Positions 32,373 to 42,136 of a stretch of DNA of 64,000 nt are shown in pieces. The DNA is taken from NCBI GenBank assembly GCA_963813715.1, contig CAWFAK010000002.1:96001-160000 (forward strand). The letters run 5' to 3'. The first letter of the stretch is position 1. Each line of letters begins with the position of its first letter. The position numbers and the translations under genes are program-made. The stretch comes from an uncultured Planctomycetaceae bacterium (GTDB taxonomy: Bacteria; Planctomycetota; Planctomycetia; Planctomycetales; Planctomycetaceae). A model generated the notes under the pieces. It worked only from the letters and a program-made list of their open reading frames with translations. It had not been told where the DNA came from and did no database searches.

Positions 32373-34148
32373 TCAAGTCGTCAGGCTGAACCGCCGTTCG
32401 GCCAGGCGATAGAGCTGTCTCCAGAACGAGCGATTGAGCAAGACGACCGCCACGGCCATCGTCACGACGCTGGCGGCCAGGAGGGGAAAATTGCCGTCGG
32501 CCGAGGCGTGGTTGATGATCGAGCCCAGACCAAAGGCCGTATACGTTTGCCCCTTCATCACGACATATTCGGCCACGATTGTCGCATTCCAGGCGCCGCC
32601 CGCGGCCGTGATCAATCCGGTTACCAGATACGGGAAGACGCAGGGAATGTAAAGGCGGGTCCAGCGTTGAAATGCAGTCCAGCGATAAATCGAGGCGACT
32701 TCCCGCAGGTCGGCCGGGATCGACGAGGCACCCGCAATCACGTTGAACAGAATGTACCACTGCGTGCCCAACAGCATCAGGGCCGTGCAGCCGACGTTGA
32801 AATCGACGTGCATCCGAGCGAGCAGAATCGTCACGAGGGGAAAGAGCATCGGCGCGGGAAAGCTGGCCAGCACCTGAATCATCGGCTGCAACCGTGACGA
32901 CCATCGCGGGGACAGGCCAATCAAAATGCCGGCCGGCAGCGTCCAGGCCGCCCCCAACAACACGGCCGTCGATGTCCGCAAGAACGACGCTCCCAACGCT
33001 TCGAAGACGCTTCTCCAGTCGTCGCGGCCGGAGGAGCTGACGAACGACAGCTCCCCCATCAACCGCAGGAGCGACCAGCCCCCCCAGAGGACGATCGCCA
33101 GCAGGCCCCCCAGCAACAGATAGCGCACGGCCGTGCGGATCAGCGTGACGACTTGCCCGCGCTCGCCAGAGGGCACGGCCATTTGGCGGGCGGCGGCCGC
33201 TGTAAAACTTGTCATTAAAAGCGAGTGCCGCCACCTGTCGAGGGCGGCCAAAAACTCGCGGAGCGGGGCCGAACGGCGAATCAAGGTCAGCACCCACGAG
33301 TTGGGCTCCGTCGTCGCGGCCAAATCCTCGACCTTGAACCGCTGGCTCCAGGCGACGAGCGGCCGCCACACCACCTGGTCGACGAACACGATCATCATCA
33401 CCATCGCGATCACGGCCGCCACCATCGCCGGCACGTCCCCTTGGATGATGGCTTCGTTCATGTAGGAGCCGATGCCCGGCAGCCGGTAATCGTGCCCCTT
33501 GAGCGTGAAGGCCTCGGTGACGGAGAGGAAGAACCAGCCGCCGGCCATCGACATCATCGAATTCCAGACCAGGCCGATCATCGCCGACGGCAACTCGAGT
33601 TGCGAAAAGATTCGCCAGTGCCCGAGCCGGTGAATCGCGGCCACTTCCCGTAGCGTCTGCGGAATGGCCTTGAGGCTGCCATGAAAACTGAAGGTCATAT
33701 TCCAGACCTGGCCTGTAAAGATCATCACGATGCAGGCCGCCTCGAGCCCCAATTGGTGGTTAGGAGAAAGGGCCACGAGGGCCAGCACGACGCCCGGCAT
33801 GAATCCCAAAACGGGAATCGCCTGCAGCACGTCGAGCACCGGAATCATCACGGCCTCGGCCCGGCGATTGTGCGCGGAGATGGTGCCGTAAATCAGCGTG
33901 AAGGCCAGCGAGAGGAAGTAAGCGGCGAAGCCGCGCCCCAGGCTGAGCAACGTGTATTTGGGGAGCGAATCGATCGACAGGTCGATGGTGGTCTGCTGGG
34001 AGAACGGGGCGGCCATTCGCTGCCCCACCATCAAGATCGCGCCGAAGATCGCCAGGAACAGCGCGACGAGCAGCATGTCGGCGCTGAACGCGGCCGGCTT
34101 CTTCAGCGCGTCGCGGACGTGCCTGGAATAAAGGCCGGTCAAAGCCAT
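32373..34148 (-). CDS. ABC transporter permease with two membrane domains
   Basis: LDVLQAIPVLGF, WNSMMSMAGGWFF, GTQWYILFNVIAG, GGAWNATIVAE. Confidence 0.93.
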   Translation of the reverse strand: MALTGLYSRHVRDALKKPAAFSADMLLVALFLAIFGAILMVGQRMAAPFSQQTTIDLSIDSLPKYTLLSLGRGFAAYFLSLAFTLIYGTISAHNRRAEAVMIPVLDVLQAIPVLGFMPGVVLALVALSPNHQLGLEAACIVMIFTGQVWNMTFSFHGSLKAIPQTLREVAAIHRLGHWRIFSQLELPSAMIGLVWNSMMSMAGGWFFLSVTEAFTLKGHDYRLPGIGSYMNEAIIQGDVPAMVAAVIAMVMMIVFVDQVVWRPLVAWSQRFKVEDLAATTEPNSWVLTLIRRSAPLREFLAALDRWRHSLLMTSFTAAAARQMAVPSGERGQVVTLIRTAVRYLLLGGLLAIVLWGGWSLLRLMGELSFVSSSGRDDWRSVFEALGASFLRTSTAVLLGAAWTLPAGILIGLSPRWSSRLQPMIQVLASFPAPMLFPLVTILLARMHVDFNVGCTALMLLGTQWYILFNVIAGASSIPADLREVASIYRWTAFQRWTRLYIPCVFPYLVTGLITAAGGAWNATIVAEYVVMKGQTYTAFGLGSIINHASADGNFPLLAASVVTMAVAVVLLNRSFWRQLYRLAERRFSLTT

Positions 34149-34323
34149 ACGGGTCCCGATCCGCTCGTCGTCAGTGGCAAAGTCCTAGTACTTAGCCCAT
34201 CCCGGTGCCCGCGGTAAAGGCGGGCGGCGCCGTCGAGCCGAATTTTATGTGAGGCGCGGGTCGCCGATGCCCGTCCCCCGTGCCGCAGCGGTTCGGCCGC
34301 ATTGGTCTGCTCGCGCGTGCACT

Positions 34324-34350
34324 TGTGGATAAGTTTTTGACATTCGTCAA
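34324..34350. promoter_or_regulatory. Perfect DnaA-box 9-mer next to a TTGAC-N4-GTCAA palindrome
   Basis: TGTGGATAA (reverse complement of TTATCCACA) at 34324-34332 and TTGACATTCGTCAA at 34337-34350, in a divergent intergenic region. Confidence 0.4.
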
Positions 34351-34498
34351 CACCTCTTCGGCGAACAGGAGTCCAACCGTCCTTTGCGAAGGCCGCTCGG
34401 TGGAACGGGAGTTGCCTCTGGAGAGTGACGGCGTTGGCCGCGCTCTCGACCCGGTTCGGGGCGACGAGCTTCGCCTGCAGGTGACGAAAGGACACATC

Positions 34499-35500
34499 AT
34501 GAAACGTTTCATCACGACACAAAATATCGCGAAAGGGAGCGCGACCGCGCTCGTGAGTTTGGCACTCTCGCTGGGGGGATCGACACTGGCACACGCAAAC
34601 CCAGGTGGAGCTGGTGGAGGCGCGGCGGGGGCAGGCGCTCCCAGCTCGAACCCGGCCGCGCCGGGCACGCAGGCAGGAGGCACGCCAGTTGGTGCCGGAG
34701 TGGCGACGCCGAGCAATCCGACGGGCGTGCCCCAAGCGGGCGTCGGAGCGCCGACCGCAGTCAATCCCACGGGCACAATTACGCCAGCAGGGACCAATCC
34801 CACCGGCACAGGAACATCGACAACGGGCAATTCCGCCAGCGCGGGAACGCCGACCGGCATCGGGATGACGCCTCCGGCCGCCCTCTCGCTCACTTCGCCT
34901 GCGGGCAGCGCGAGCAATCCGGCGCTCAATAGCGGGACGGCAGGCGTCACGAACGGCGTGCCCAACTCAGCCGCCATGCAATCGAATAGCCAGAGCCAAT
35001 TCGGGCCGGGCATGAACCCGCAATTTGGCGCGGTCCCGGGCACGCTCGGCTCTCCGAGCAGCACCTACGGCGTCGCACCGAATTCGTCCCAAATGGGAAC
35101 GAACAACTACGGCCCCTATGGCCAATCCACGCCCAATGCCGCGGCGAATTCGGCGACGACAGGCAGCCGTAACTGGGGCGGACCCATTGTCAGCTGGCAG
35201 CCGGGTTACGGCAGTTGGTCGAGCGGCTATGCGGGCGCTGGCAGCCCAGCCACGCCCAGCAACGGGAGCACGGGCTACCGAGGTCTTCCGGGCAGCTCCA
35301 CACAGACCAACGTACCGCCGGGCTCTGCTCCGCAGACCTACTCCAGCGTTCCTGCAACCACATACGGCGCCAGCGGCATGGAGAACTACGAGATGAACAA
35401 CCAAGGCCCGCTGGCCTTTCGACGTGGCCCCAGCCCGTATAACACGGGCGCGCTCAACAACAGCGCTCCGATTGGTGGCTACAGTTACGGCTATCGCTAA
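34499..35500 (+). CDS. Secreted low-complexity G/S/T/N/P/Y-rich protein
   Basis: AAAGGA RBS, signal ending AHA, about 300-aa mature region almost free of charged residues. Confidence 0.75.
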   Translation: MKRFITTQNIAKGSATALVSLALSLGGSTLAHANPGGAGGGAAGAGAPSSNPAAPGTQAGGTPVGAGVATPSNPTGVPQAGVGAPTAVNPTGTITPAGTNPTGTGTSTTGNSASAGTPTGIGMTPPAALSLTSPAGSASNPALNSGTAGVTNGVPNSAAMQSNSQSQFGPGMNPQFGAVPGTLGSPSSTYGVAPNSSQMGTNNYGPYGQSTPNAAANSATTGSRNWGGPIVSWQPGYGSWSSGYAGAGSPATPSNGSTGYRGLPGSSTQTNVPPGSAPQTYSSVPATTYGASGMENYEMNNQGPLAFRRGPSPYNTGALNNSAPIGGYSYGYR

Positions 35501-35923
35501 CCGGAATTTTGCCGAGTCCGACTCTTGGGCATTTAGCGCGGGCGACCAGCAGGGAGGTGGGCGCCCGCGTTTTTCTTGGCCCTCGGCTCGACGACCCTTT
35601 CACACAGGGTCCGCTTTGCGGATTGGTAACCGCAGCATCAGCCTGCTCCCTCACAATCCACACGACCCGCCCATCGCATCGTCTCGTCAAAATCGCCCGC
35701 GATTCTGCGCGACTTTTAATAAATTCTCGCCGGGAACATTCGGACCGGTTCCGTTCCCCGCACGGGCGTGAGCTAGTGTTCCCGGTGTAGCAAGTCGGCA
35801 GCCCCTGCGCTGCCCGACCTTTTCGCGCGAGCCCCGAGCGGCCGCGCCGACCAAACGCCGGACTACCCCTTGTTCGCTCGACTGCAATCGCCCGCCGCCG
35901 GAAAGTTCTTGGAACCAACCAAC

Positions 35924-37048
35924 ATGCGCAAAGTTGTCAAACCGCTTTGCGTGCTGATTGTGCTCCAGGCAGTCTGCCTGGCGGCCGGCCTCTTGATTCA
36001 CGATCGGTTCCTGATTTCAGAAGCTCGCTGGAATGACCAGCTCGGCCAAAATCGGTCCGCGAATGCGCCGACCGCGGTCGATGTGACGCCCGTGCCTGCC
36101 GAAACGGCGCGACTGTTTGCCGCCATGCCGGCCGCGGGCGCGATGGCCTTCGTCTGGACGATTGGTCTGCAAGCGGCGATCGCCTACTTCTTGTTGGCCC
36201 GTTTGCAGGGCGAACATTCGCGTCGGCAATCAAAGTCCGACGAGCAATCGCTCTACCACACTCGCGATCTGCTGCGAACCCGCGACGCGGTCATTTTCGG
36301 TCTCGCCAAGCTCGCCGAGTCGCGCGATCCGGAAACCGGGCATCACTTGGAGCGAATCTCGCTGTACTCGACGCGTCTGGCGGCCGCCATTTCCCGCGAC
36401 CCCCGCTACAGCCGCGTGATCACGCCCGGCTTTGTCCGCTTGATCGGCATCAGCTCGGCATTGCACGACATCGGCAAGGTGGCGCTCGAGGATTCGGTGC
36501 TGCTCAAGCCGGGCGAGCTGACCCCGTCCGAGCGGTTCAAGATGCAGTTGCACGTCGAGGTGGGGGCCGAGTCGATCCGCGAAATCGAGCGGCGGTTGGG
36601 TGCGTCGAACTTCCTGGAGATGGCTCGCGAGATCGCCAACTCGCATCACGAGCGCTGGGACGGCGCCGGATACCCGAACGGCATCTCGGGCGAAAACATT
36701 CCGCTGGCGGCCCGTATCGTGGCGATTGCCGACGTCTACGACGCCCTCACCGCCCGTCGCGTTTACAAAGAACCGTTTCCGCATGCTGAGTGCGTCGAAA
36801 TCATCCGCCGTGAGGCCGGCCGGCAGTTCGATCCCGAGCTGGTGGAGATTTTCCTCGACGTCGCCCCGCAGTTCGAGGAAATCGCCCAGCGGTTTGCGGA
36901 CGCGTGGGGCACGTGTCAGCCCGATTCGTCCAGCCATCCCGACGCGTTGAGCGCGCGGCGGCTCTCTCCCGAGCAGGAGCAAACACTCCTGGCCGCCTTG
37001 GCCGATTGCGAGGATCCGCAGGTCGTCCGGTCGATTTCCAAGAAGTGA
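35924..37048 (+). CDS. Membrane-bound HD-GYP phosphodiesterase
   Basis: Two TM helices; ETGHHLER, LHDIGK, HHERWDGAGYPNG, ARIVAIADVYDAL, RRVYK. Confidence 0.93.
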   Translation: MRKVVKPLCVLIVLQAVCLAAGLLIHDRFLISEARWNDQLGQNRSANAPTAVDVTPVPAETARLFAAMPAAGAMAFVWTIGLQAAIAYFLLARLQGEHSRRQSKSDEQSLYHTRDLLRTRDAVIFGLAKLAESRDPETGHHLERISLYSTRLAAAISRDPRYSRVITPGFVRLIGISSALHDIGKVALEDSVLLKPGELTPSERFKMQLHVEVGAESIREIERRLGASNFLEMAREIANSHHERWDGAGYPNGISGENIPLAARIVAIADVYDALTARRVYKEPFPHAECVEIIRREAGRQFDPELVEIFLDVAPQFEEIAQRFADAWGTCQPDSSSHPDALSARRLSPEQEQTLLAALADCEDPQVVRSISKK

Positions 37049-37155
37049 GGTCCGCGTTCCGGCCATGCCTTGCCGGACGGTTTGCCGCGTCTTCGAGTCC
37101 TTAATCGAGTCATTTGCAGCCTGAATCACCAACAGCCGAGGCGGGGAGCCAGTCG

Positions 37156-38148
37156 ATGAATCTGAACTTCAAACATGCCAACTCGCGCGTTCTGGAAGCG
37201 ATGCTGGTGCTCGTCACGCTGGTGCTGACCTGCGTGCTATACCAGACCGTCGGTTACAAGGTGATCGTGCTGAACCTGTTCTATCCGCCGGTGATTCTGG
37301 CCGCATTTTTCCTCGGCCGGTACCGCGCGGGTGTGCTGGCGTTCTTCAGCGTGTTGTCGGCGTCGGTCGTGCTCTCGTTCAACCTGGGCGAATTTGCCGC
37401 GTACTCGTCGCCTTTGGTGGTCGCGCTGTCCGTCCTCGTTTGGGGCGGCGTGCTCGGCCTGGCGGCCCTGCTCGTCGGCACGCTCAGCGATGAGCTGGCC
37501 TCGCGGATGACCGAGCTGCACGAAGCGCACGTCGGCGTCGTCGAGGTGCTGTCGCATTACCTGCAGAGCGCTCATCCCAGCCTCAAGGACCATTCGCATC
37601 GCGTGGCGTCGATCTGCCGCGATCTGGCCGTGCAGCTCAAGCTGGGGCAGAAAGAGGTCGACGACATCCGCGTGGCCGCCCTGCTCTGCGACATGGAAAA
37701 CATCGAGATCACCGCCCGCGTCATCCGCAAAGCCATCGGCGACCTGGGCGACGTGCAGAGATCGGGCGGACAGCACACGTTCCACGGCACCGAGCTGGTT
37801 CGCTCGCTAGGACCGTCCCTGTTGGGCGCCTTTCCGCTCGTGCTCAATCAGTCGGGCAACGACCAGCACCGCTCGGTCAGCGAAGCGATCAGCCACGCGC
37901 AGGCGCCGCTCGGCGCCCGGATCATCAAGACCGTGCGGGCCTACGACGCCTTGATGCATTCCAAGTGGGGCTTGCCCAACACGACGCCGTCCGACGCCAT
38001 CAAGGAACTGTGGCGCGACGTCGAAGCTGAGCACGACCCGATGATCCTGCACGCCCTCGAGCGCGTCGTCACCCGCGGCAACCAAGTCGACCGCACCCTG
38101 GCCGCCGCCGCGGCCGCCAGCGAGACGCCGACCGTCGGCGCAATCTAA
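37156..38148 (+). CDS. Four-TM protein with a degenerate HD-GYP-like domain
   Basis: DHSHRVA, ALLCDME (HD lost), PLGARIIKTVRAYDAL, HDPMIL; no GYP motif. Confidence 0.8.
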   Translation: MNLNFKHANSRVLEAMLVLVTLVLTCVLYQTVGYKVIVLNLFYPPVILAAFFLGRYRAGVLAFFSVLSASVVLSFNLGEFAAYSSPLVVALSVLVWGGVLGLAALLVGTLSDELASRMTELHEAHVGVVEVLSHYLQSAHPSLKDHSHRVASICRDLAVQLKLGQKEVDDIRVAALLCDMENIEITARVIRKAIGDLGDVQRSGGQHTFHGTELVRSLGPSLLGAFPLVLNQSGNDQHRSVSEAISHAQAPLGARIIKTVRAYDALMHSKWGLPNTTPSDAIKELWRDVEAEHDPMILHALERVVTRGNQVDRTLAAAAAASETPTVGAI

Positions 38149-38174
38149 CTGACCGAGCACACGCATTCGGTGCC

Positions 38175-38208
38175 ACTGGCGGCCACTTGGCCGCCAGTCT
38201 TTTTTTTT
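38175..38208 (+). terminator. Rho-independent terminator
   Basis: ACTGGCGGCCA/TGGCCGCCAGT stem followed by a T9 run. Confidence 0.85.
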
Positions 38209-38495
38209 GCAACTGTCGGTGACCCGCGCTCGGCTGCGGCACGAGCCCAGTGAGAGCCCGGCGAGTCGCCAGCGTGAGCTAGCGGGTGCTTCGCATTTCT
38301 GCGTTTTGATCTCCGCGTGTCAATTCGCTATCTCTGCGATCAAGCAGAAAGCGCAATCGAAGCACCATCGGGCTTACGCCCGACGCTCGCGGGGGGGGCG
38401 GTGACCGCGTCGCGTGCTGGCATTTGGCCGCCGCGTGTATTAAACGTCGCACCTGGAGAGGTCTCTTCACGCGTCTTCCCAAGAGGCGACCGCCC

Positions 38496-38903
38496 ATGCC
38501 GCCAGCGACTGAAAACCAATTGCTCGATCTCACTCGGCAGCTGATCAATTCAATTGCGGACCAGGATTGGAGCGTGTACGAGCGATTGTGCGATCCCTCG
38601 CTCACGTGCTTTGAGCCCGAGTCTCGCGGGCAACTGGTGACGGGGATGGATTTTCACAAGTTCTACTTCGAGCTGAAGGGAAGCCGCGGGCCGCGAAACA
38701 CCACGCTGGTGGCGCCGCAGGTTCGCCTGCTCGGCCCCGATGCGGCCGTCGTCAGCTATGTGCGGCTGATCCAAAAACTCGACGGAGAAGGCGGACCGGT
38801 CACGAGCGCACTCGAAGAGACCCGCGTCTGGCAGCGGATCCAGGGTGAATGGAAGCACGTGCATTTTCATCGCTCCGAGATCGCGGCCCCGCCCAAGTCG
38901 TAA
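38496..38903 (+). CDS. CaMKII association-domain-like (NTF2/SnoaL fold) protein
   Basis: LCDPSLTCFEPE, GMDFHKFYF, SYVRL, EETRVW, WKHVHFHRS. Confidence 0.9.
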   Translation: MPPATENQLLDLTRQLINSIADQDWSVYERLCDPSLTCFEPESRGQLVTGMDFHKFYFELKGSRGPRNTTLVAPQVRLLGPDAAVVSYVRLIQKLDGEGGPVTSALEETRVWQRIQGEWKHVHFHRSEIAAPPKS

Positions 38904-38934
38904 GAGCGCGACGACTGGTGCCGCTCCTCCGCGG

Positions 38935-39063
38935 CCAATCCCTCGCCACGCGTCCTTCTCCTGGCATTACCCCCACTACGGCAACCAAGGCGGGCAGCCC
39001 GCCGGAGCCATCCACGTCGGCGACCGGAAGCTCATCGAATGATACGACGACGGCCGCCGCGAC
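38935..39063 (+). pseudogene. Relic of an arylsulfatase C-terminal region
   Basis: Reads WHYPHYGNQGGQPAGAIHVGDRKLIE*YDDGRR; no start, no catalytic domain, internal TGA. Confidence 0.7.
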
Positions 39064-39185
39064 GGTCCCCTGGGCGAGCCGCTCCGGCGGAAAGCGAAAT
39101 CCGGAGACAAAACCATGTCTTCGTGGAGTCTCAAGATCCCGCCTGTGGACTAGCGCCCTGTCTATTTCTCGTTGGAGAACTCCCC

Positions 39186-40353
39186 ATGATTCGCCCGCTG
39201 ACTGTGCTGGTGGTTCTCGTGTGCATTCTATCGGGTTCGTCCTTTGCGCAGGCTGGTGATCTTGCACCCGCATCGCGGATCACGTTCGTCTCGCATCGCT
39301 CGGGCGAGAACCTGCTCTACGTGATGAATCCCGACGGGACGGGCCTCAGGCCAATCTTTGGCGGACCGCTTGCGGACGTTCCGACCGTCGTCGAAGGGAC
39401 GGCGCTCTGTCGCTCGCCGCATTGGACTCGCCAGAGTCCCGACCGCAGATATTTTGCCTGCTGGGCCTACGATCGCGGGTCTCCTTTTGATCGCTATCAA
39501 GGGAGCGTGCGGTTCATGCTTTATTCAGGTGGCATTGATGCAGCCTGGAGCAGAGTTGTGAATCCAGACTCTCACGAAGAATTTGCCTGGTCGCCGGACA
39601 GTCGACGTCTCGCGGTTTCGATTTTCTCGGGCGAGTCGCACCAGCAAGGCTTTCTCAGGAGTTCGTTGCGAAGCACGGAAATCGCGATCTGCGGTTTCGA
39701 CGGCTCTCAGGAGAGCTTTATTCTCGAGCAGCCCGGGATTCTCATCGTTATGGACTGGTCACCGGACGGAAAACGGCTCCTGCTCGAGCGGCGATACTTG
39801 GATGTCTCGCCCCACAGGCCTAACGACATTCTGCAGTTTGAGTTGGCGGAGGATCAGGCATCCCGAGCCCGGAGTCGGGGGAATAACGGACCACTTCGCG
39901 GTTCCGCGTGGTCTGCCACGACCGCGCCTCAATTCCTAAAGACGCTCATCGAGGGCACGAGGCATCGGGATCCGAACAACTGCGCGTTACTCGCCGGACG
40001 GACGTTTCCTCGCGATTGAGTTCACGGATCAAGACAAGATGTACGCGCCCAATGAACTTGGCGAAAACGAGTTTGAGAGAAACAACATGATGCGCTACCT
40101 CGGCAAGCTCGCCGTGTTTGAGATCGCGACGGGCCGGTTTACGGCAATTGTAGATGACGCGGATGGCCTCCGAGGTCCCGTCACTTGGTCGCCGGACGGC
40201 AATGAAATTCTCTTCTCTCGCTACCTCCCCAAAGGCGACGATCGAGAGAAAATGGCGAAGGACAAAGAGCACGGCTTGGCGATCTGGTCAGTCCATAAGG
40301 ACGGCCGCGGCGCTCGGTTCGTCACGACTGGTTGGAGTCCCGACTGGCGGTGA
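39186..40353 (+). CDS. Secreted TolB-like (PD40) beta-propeller protein; frameshift near 39960-39980
   Basis: Signal peptide; FVSHRSG..LYVMNPDG, WSPDSRRL, WSPDGKRL, WSPDGNEILF, terminal SPDW. Confidence 0.8.
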
Positions 40354-40514
40354 CACCGCGCGAGCCAAGCGGCCCATTGATTGGTCACGCCCCGCGAGGG
40401 GCTTGGCTGGAACATCACACGAGCGAAGAATGGGTACCCGAGGCTGAGCGGCTCCAAGGTGACGTTCGGCAACCGGGAGCGGTGCGCCGTTCGGGCGATC
40501 AATGGTCTGATGCG

Positions 40515-40985
40515 ACCGGGATGGGATCGAATTGGGACGGGATTGATTGGGACCGGACGAACGGGACGGGGACGGAATTTCAGATATCCAAGGTCCAACG
40601 TCCAAAGTCCAAGGTCGGGGACCGGACACGAATGCGGGACTGTCGGGACTCGGAGTCGGTCCGGACCCGGACTGTCCGGTCCGCTCGAAGGAGTCCGGCC
40701 GTAGTCTTGGCCCGGCAGTGACTTACGTCGGACAAAGGTCCGGTCCGGACACTTTCGATTGAAAGGGACTGCAATCGGGACCGGACTCGAAATGTTGGGA
40801 CGGGATTGAATGACCGAGCCCCCATGCGAGCGGGGGCAGCTTTGGGGCAGGCTCGGGACGGGATTGAATTGGGACGGGATCGGACGGGACACGTTGTTTC
40901 ACCGGGGAAATCCCGAGGAGAAGCCCCTCGCCCCCGGCCCTCTCCCATCGGCATGGACGGAAGAAGGAGAAAGATGGGAGCGGAC
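40515..40985. repeat. Composite non-coding element: GGGACGGGA/GGGACCGGAC direct repeats, TCCAANG heptamers, central palindrome, REP-like hairpin
   Basis: GGGACGGGATTGA at 40534, 40797, 40855; GGGACCGGAC at 40549, 40618, 40777; four heptamers 40587-40614; inverted repeats 40693-40733 and 40942-40980. Confidence 0.8.
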
Positions 40986-41038
40986 ACATTCGTGACGTCC
41001 CCTGCCCCGTTCCGTAACCGCGGACTCCGTCGCGGCGA

Positions 41039-41957
41039 TCAGGCGTCGTGCGCGAGTTCGGAGGTCAGGAGCGAAATCTCCATATCGACCAGCGCGGATC
41101 AGGCTGCGGAGGTTGTGGGGGCGGCGGAAGGGTTGTTTGGCCAGCATCTTTCCAACCAGGTCGGAGAGCTCGCGCGGTGCGTCCGGGCGGTGGCGGCGGA
41201 GGAGTGTCGGTTTTACCTGGCGGTGTTGGACCATCAGCTCGGCCGGCGAATCGCCCACGAACGGGAGGCGACCGGTGAGCATGCGGTAGAGGGTCACGCC
41301 CAGGGCGTACATGTCTTTGGCGACGGGCAAGGCGACGCCGGAGACCAGGGATTCGGGAGCCAGATATTCGGGCGTGCCCAACAGAGTGTCGGCCGCGCCG
41401 GGGCCCGGCATCGCGGCGATCGACCGCACGAAGCCCAGGTCGAGCAGTTTCACTTCGCCGCCGAGCGTGATGAAGATGTTTTGCGGCTTGATGTCGCCGT
41501 GAGCCAGGCCGCAGCGTTCGAGGTCCTGCATGCCGTCGGCCGTTTGCCGCGCCATCCAGACCGCCCGCCGTAGCGTAAGCGGGCCGACGTCGCGGAGTTC
41601 TTCTTCCAGCGTGCGGCCTTCGAGCCATTCAAAAACAAGAAAGGGAACCTCGGCTCGCGGCTCGGCCAGTAATAGTTTGAGCAAGTGGGGACTGCTCACC
41701 GCCTGGCAGGCCTGCGCCTCGTTGCGGATCAGCTGCAAGGCGGTGGCGTCGTCGCACCGGTCGGGGCGGAGCCGCTTGAGAGCGCAGATTCGCTCCGTGC
41801 GAATTTCGACGGCTTTCCAAACCTCCGCAAAGGCCCCCATCCCGGCCAGCTCGAGCGGCTCGTAGCCGTGCGGCAGCGAAAAGTCCGACTGCCGGGGCGA
41901 CTCGTGCGCGATGCGAGTGCGAGATTCGGAATGCAAGGCGTCGTGGACTAAAGACAT
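41039..41957 (-). CDS. Ser/Thr protein kinase; frameshift near 41095
   Basis: AGMGAFAEVW, CALK, HGDIKPQN, DLG, GTPEYLAPE, DMYALG; alternate-frame end LVDMEISLLTSELAHDA*. Confidence 0.9.
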
Positions 41958-42064
41958 ACAACGATCCGCCGGGTGCCAGAAAAAGGGAATCGTCAGCGAG
42001 GCCGCCGTATCCTCTTTATCGACCGAAATCACCGGGCTGGAGCAGATTTGCGGGCGGTCAATAG

Positions 42065-42098
42065 AAAAAACCGGGAAGGCCGTCGCCTCCCCGGTTTT
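42065..42098 (-). terminator. Rho-independent terminator (possibly bidirectional)
   Basis: AAAACCGGGAAGGC/GCCTCCCCGGTTTT stem with A/T runs on both sides, downstream of the 42137 stop. Confidence 0.8.
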
Positions 42099-42136
42099 GA
42101 TTGAAGGATCGCGCGCGAAGCGCGAATTGTAACGAA

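Noticed and set aside
40221..40989. Pro/Arg/Gly-rich ORFs over the repeat element
   Set aside because: Several frames on both strands are open because of the repeats; no RBS or motif support
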